DNA of 64,000 nt from the NCBI GenBank assembly GCA_964243475.1, contig CAXTEU010000002.1:15758-79757 (forward strand). Reading direction: 5' to 3'. Shown in pieces: positions 61,240 to 64,000 of this stretch. Position numbers and translations under genes: made by a program. Every line of letters begins with the position of its first letter. Position 1 is the stretch's first letter. The DNA comes from an uncultured Acidobacteriaceae bacterium (GTDB lineage Bacteria; Acidobacteriota; Terriglobia; Terriglobales; Acidobacteriaceae). The notes under the pieces are model-generated. The model had not been told where the DNA came from. It searched no databases and worked only from the letters and a program-made list of their open reading frames with translations.

Positions 61240-62441
61240 TGTTTCTTCTCCTCAGCATCATCGATATCTTCTGCCTGAAAGGTAAATTCCGGATGCCAGC
61301 CCACGGCGTTCCGGTTTGACAGGATGTGATAACTGCCATGCGTCAAAAAGCGATCTCGTACCGTTCGCAGAGGAAACGTTGCCTCCTGCTCAGCCCATTT
61401 GAATAATTCGGCTCCACCCTCGATCTTCGCTTCTGGCGAGCAAGGCTGCGGTAGTCCGTCGACCATTAAAGCGAAGCGCGGCTGCCATGCCTCTGTGAGT
61501 TCCTGCTCGTATTTCTCCAACTCTCCATCGACCAATAAATCTTGTCGAAGCCAACGAGATCGCTGCTCCGACGCGCGGTAGAAGTCTCGGATGGCGTATT
61601 CCACCCTTGATGCGCCAATCTTGATGCGCCGAAGTTGCCTTACAAAGGGCCGCTTGTCCAACTCTGCAATCACGTCCTGAGAAGGCAATGCTGTCTTGAC
61701 ATCGACCGGCAGAGCCTCCCTTTTGAATTCCTCTCGCAGATCATCGACGCGCTGGTCGATTGCGAGCACGGAAATCCCCTCAACTGGCTTGGCTGAAAGC
61801 GCCTTGATGATCGTTGAGAACCACCATCCCTCCAATCGCTCAACCAGGTGAGGAACTTGCTCCTTCGGCGCCGCATAGTAAAGCTCTTGAACGATCTCGT
61901 CGACCACATCGACGATACTTGGTGAACGGTCAAGGATCGTGATGGCCTTTAGAAGGCTAGTGCGGCTTTCCTCCGGAAGGGAGGTGTACTCAACGTAAGC
62001 ACTCTTGTTTTCCTTGCTGGAGGACTTGGACGCAGTCTCGCAGAGAATTTTGTCAGCCTGCTTTTCGTCTCGACCACTTGCTCTCAAGAAGGAGGAAGCG
62101 GAGTCGCTGGGAGCCTGTCCAGTCGTGAGCAGTATGAACTTCGTTCGGAACGGCGTCTCCAGATCAGAATTTGTCGCCTTCGACCAGATGAGAAGCGTGT
62201 TCCAAAGATCACTGCTGGCGTTGCTCAGATTTCCAGTGTCCCCAATGTGGTGCTTCGTCTGAATGAGCTCGCTCGGCGTTCCACTCGTATCGAAGGCAAC
62301 ATCGTCGAATTTCTCAACCGAAATCAACAGGTCAGGGTTCAGCGGGATAGCTTTAAGACCGAGGAGCAGAGCGATCCTGCACTGGTAGAAGTACCCAGTA
62401 GCAGACGCGCTTGCTTCGTGCGTGATGTCGTTCTTCGCCAC
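61236..62441 (-). CDS. lmuA: Lamassu effector with Cap4-like nuclease domain (LmuA/DdmA-like)
   Basis: ASATGYFYQ, EKFDDVAF..LIQTKHH nuclease-like motif; C-terminal GSYHILS..VGWHP. Confidence 0.8.
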   Translation of the reverse strand: MAKNDITHEASASATGYFYQCRIALLLGLKAIPLNPDLLISVEKFDDVAFDTSGTPSELIQTKHHIGDTGNLSNASSDLWNTLLIWSKATNSDLETPFRTKFILLTTGQAPSDSASSFLRASGRDEKQADKILCETASKSSSKENKSAYVEYTSLPEESRTSLLKAITILDRSPSIVDVVDEIVQELYYAAPKEQVPHLVERLEGWWFSTIIKALSAKPVEGISVLAIDQRVDDLREEFKREALPVDVKTALPSQDVIAELDKRPFVRQLRRIKIGASRVEYAIRDFYRASEQRSRWLRQDLLVDGELEKYEQELTEAWQPRFALMVDGLPQPCSPEAKIEGGAELFKWAEQEATFPLRTVRDRFLTHGSYHILSNRNAVGWHPEFTFQAEDIDDAEEKKQ

Positions 62442-62541
62442 TCACATCTCCTCAAGGCGAAGCTGCCCATCATAAACATGTCGAGATGGGGAACCGCCTG
62501 GCGACCTCATATTCTTCTTGTTCCGCGACTTGCAAAACATT

Positions 62542-62567
62542 ATGTTTGCTATAATACTAGCAAACAT
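62542..62567 (+). promoter_or_regulatory. Extended -10 promoter overlapped by a perfect inverted repeat
   Basis: TGcTATAAT 62547-62555; ATGTTTGCTA-N6-TAGCAAACAT. Confidence 0.7.
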
Positions 62568-64000
62568 GACAGAAGATAACACCGTTCCGAGACTTTTGCA
62601 AGAAATTCGCGTAAAGCTCAACTTCACCCAGGAGCAGCTCGCTGAACGACTCGGCGTGTCATTCGCCACCGTCAACCGGTGGGAGAATGGACTAAACGCA
62701 CCGCAGAAGTGGGCCCGCAACATCATCGAAGCCCTCGCTACCGAGGCTGGAGTCAGTCTCGAAGGTGAGGATGCGTCGGCAAATATTGCGCCAAGTGTAA
62801 CGCGCCGCCGCCGCGCCGCTGCTGCTCCCACGATGAAGCCGATGGAGCAAATGCTTTGGGACGCCGCATGTTCCATTCGTGGGGAGAAAGATGCAGCCAA
62901 GTTCAAGGATTATCTACTACCTCTACTGTTCCTGAAGCGTCTCTCGGATGTGTTCGACGACGAGATCGATCGGTTGGCAGAAGACTACGGCGATCGTGCG
63001 ACTGCATTGGAGATCGTCGAGAGCGACCACTCGCTGCTCCGGTTCTACGTTTCGCAGGAAGCCCGTTGGGCCGTTCTCAGTGCGCGCGAGCCCCATGCAT
63101 GGTCAGATGAAGCGGCCAAACCCAAAGATATCGGTGAGCACCTGACGAAGGCCGTTCGTGCTGTCGTCAAACAGAATCCAGGTCTTGCCGGCGTGATCGA
63201 CGTTGTCGATTTTGCAGCCGAGAGAAACGGCGAGCGGGACATCAATCCCGCGAAACTCCGGTCCGTAGTCGAGACATTCTCAGATCCACGCTATCGGCTT
63301 GGCCTAGCCGACGTGGAACCGGATTTCTTGGGCCGGGCTTACGAATACCTGCTTCGGAAGTTTGCGGAAGGGTCAGGCCAAAGCGCCGGTGAGTTCTTCA
63401 CCCCAACCGAGGTCGGCTTCCTTATGGCAAACATCCTTCGCCCCAAGCCCGGCGAGGTCTGCCATGATTACGCTTGCGGGTCGGCCGGTTTGCTCGTGAA
63501 GTTGCAACTTGTGTGCAAAGAACTAAATCCGCTGAGCAAAGTTCCCCTGCAACTTACCGGACAAGAACTCCAGGCCGAGAGCTATGCCGTCGCCAAGATG
63601 AACGGAATCATCCACGACATGGAGATCGAGATCGCCCGTGGCGACACGATGATCAACCCTAAGTTCCGCACACCTGAAGGTAAAATCCGGGCTTTCGACA
63701 TCGTGGTAGCAAACCCGATGTGGAACCAACCCTTTGCATCCGATGTTTTCTCTAACGACCCTTTTGATCGTTTCCGCTCTTCGGGCGGTATTACAACGGG
63801 CAAGGGAGATTGGGCTTGGCTGCAGCACACTGTCGCCTGTATGGGTGATCACGGGCGAGCAGCAGTGGTGCTCGATACAGGAGCAGTTTCGCGCGGATCG
63901 GGCTCAAAGAACGAGGATAAGGAACGTAACATACGAAAATGGTTTGTCGATAAGGACTTGATTGAGGGAGTCGTCCTGCTGCCGGACAACCTTTTCTATA
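62566..64000 (+). CDS. hsdM: Type I restriction-modification methyltransferase HsdM with N-terminal XRE HTH; truncated by the window end
   Basis: Not in the ORF track. [22 protein letters not shown], then [33 protein letters not shown]. Confidence 0.9.
   Translation, partial: MTEDNTVPRLLQEIRVKLNFTQEQLAERLGVSFATVNRWENGLNAPQKWARNIIEALATEAGVSLEGEDASANIAPSVTRRRRAAAAPTMKPMEQMLWDAACSIRGEKDAAKFKDYLLPLLFLKRLSDVFDDEIDRLAEDYGDRATALEIVESDHSLLRFYVSQEARWAVLSAREPHAWSDEAAKPKDIGEHLTKAVRAVVKQNPGLAGVIDVVDFAAERNGERDINPAKLRSVVETFSDPRYRLGLADVEPDFLGRAYEYLLRKFAEGSGQSAGEFFTPTEVGFLMANILRPKPGEVCHDYACGSAGLLVKLQLVCKELNPLSKVPLQLTGQELQAESYAVAKMNGIIHDMEIEIARGDTMINPKFRTPEGKIRAFDIVVANPMWNQPFASDVFSNDPFDRFRSSGGITTGKGDWAWLQHTVACMGDHGRAAVVLDTGAVSRGSGSKNEDKERNIRKWFVDKDLIEGVVLLPDNLFY

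Larger units (their letters stand above)
40034..64000. mobile_element. Integrative conjugative element-like region (right end outside the window)
   Basis: att remnant, T4SS, coupling protein, MOBF relaxase, ssb/primase, TA and defence cargo. Confidence 0.8.

Noticed and set aside
62442-62906. 154-aa minus-strand ORF
   Set aside because: Antisense to the HTH-hsdM gene and its promoter.
1-64000. CRISPR array, rRNA or IS transposase
   Set aside because: No regularly spaced repeats, rRNA signatures or DDE/HUH transposase motifs noticed on reading.

Overview
Probable Acidobacteria-type chromosome segment (inferred from gene families). 1-17.3 kb looks like native, strongly C-skewed DNA: a truncated GH36 alpha-galactosidase, then an uncharacterised cluster of TPR proteins, two Tat-signal FG-GAP/ASPIC-UnbV proteins, a TonB-dependent receptor and a degenerate alkaline-phosphatase-fold protein. 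17.3-40 kb is accessory DNA: a Csu-type chaperone-usher pilus, an amidohydrolase, a DUF2946-like RGPP leader ORF ahead of a His/Met-rich TonB receptor, a frameshifted imuA-imuB-dnaE2 cassette, a coupled three-gene operon ending in an RHH protein, decayed phage-like ORFs and a nonsense-interrupted tyrosine integrase next to a displaced tRNA-Met 3' half (att). 40-64 kb is an ICE-like element: Xre/RES toxin-antitoxin, VirB-type T4SS, ssb and RepB-like primase, candidate oriT, coupling protein, MOBF relaxase, a three-gene Lamassu/DdmABC-like defence system and an XRE-HTH-fused type I HsdM (truncated). No CRISPR array, rRNA or complete tRNA was seen. All family assignments come from motif recognition by eye; no database search was run.
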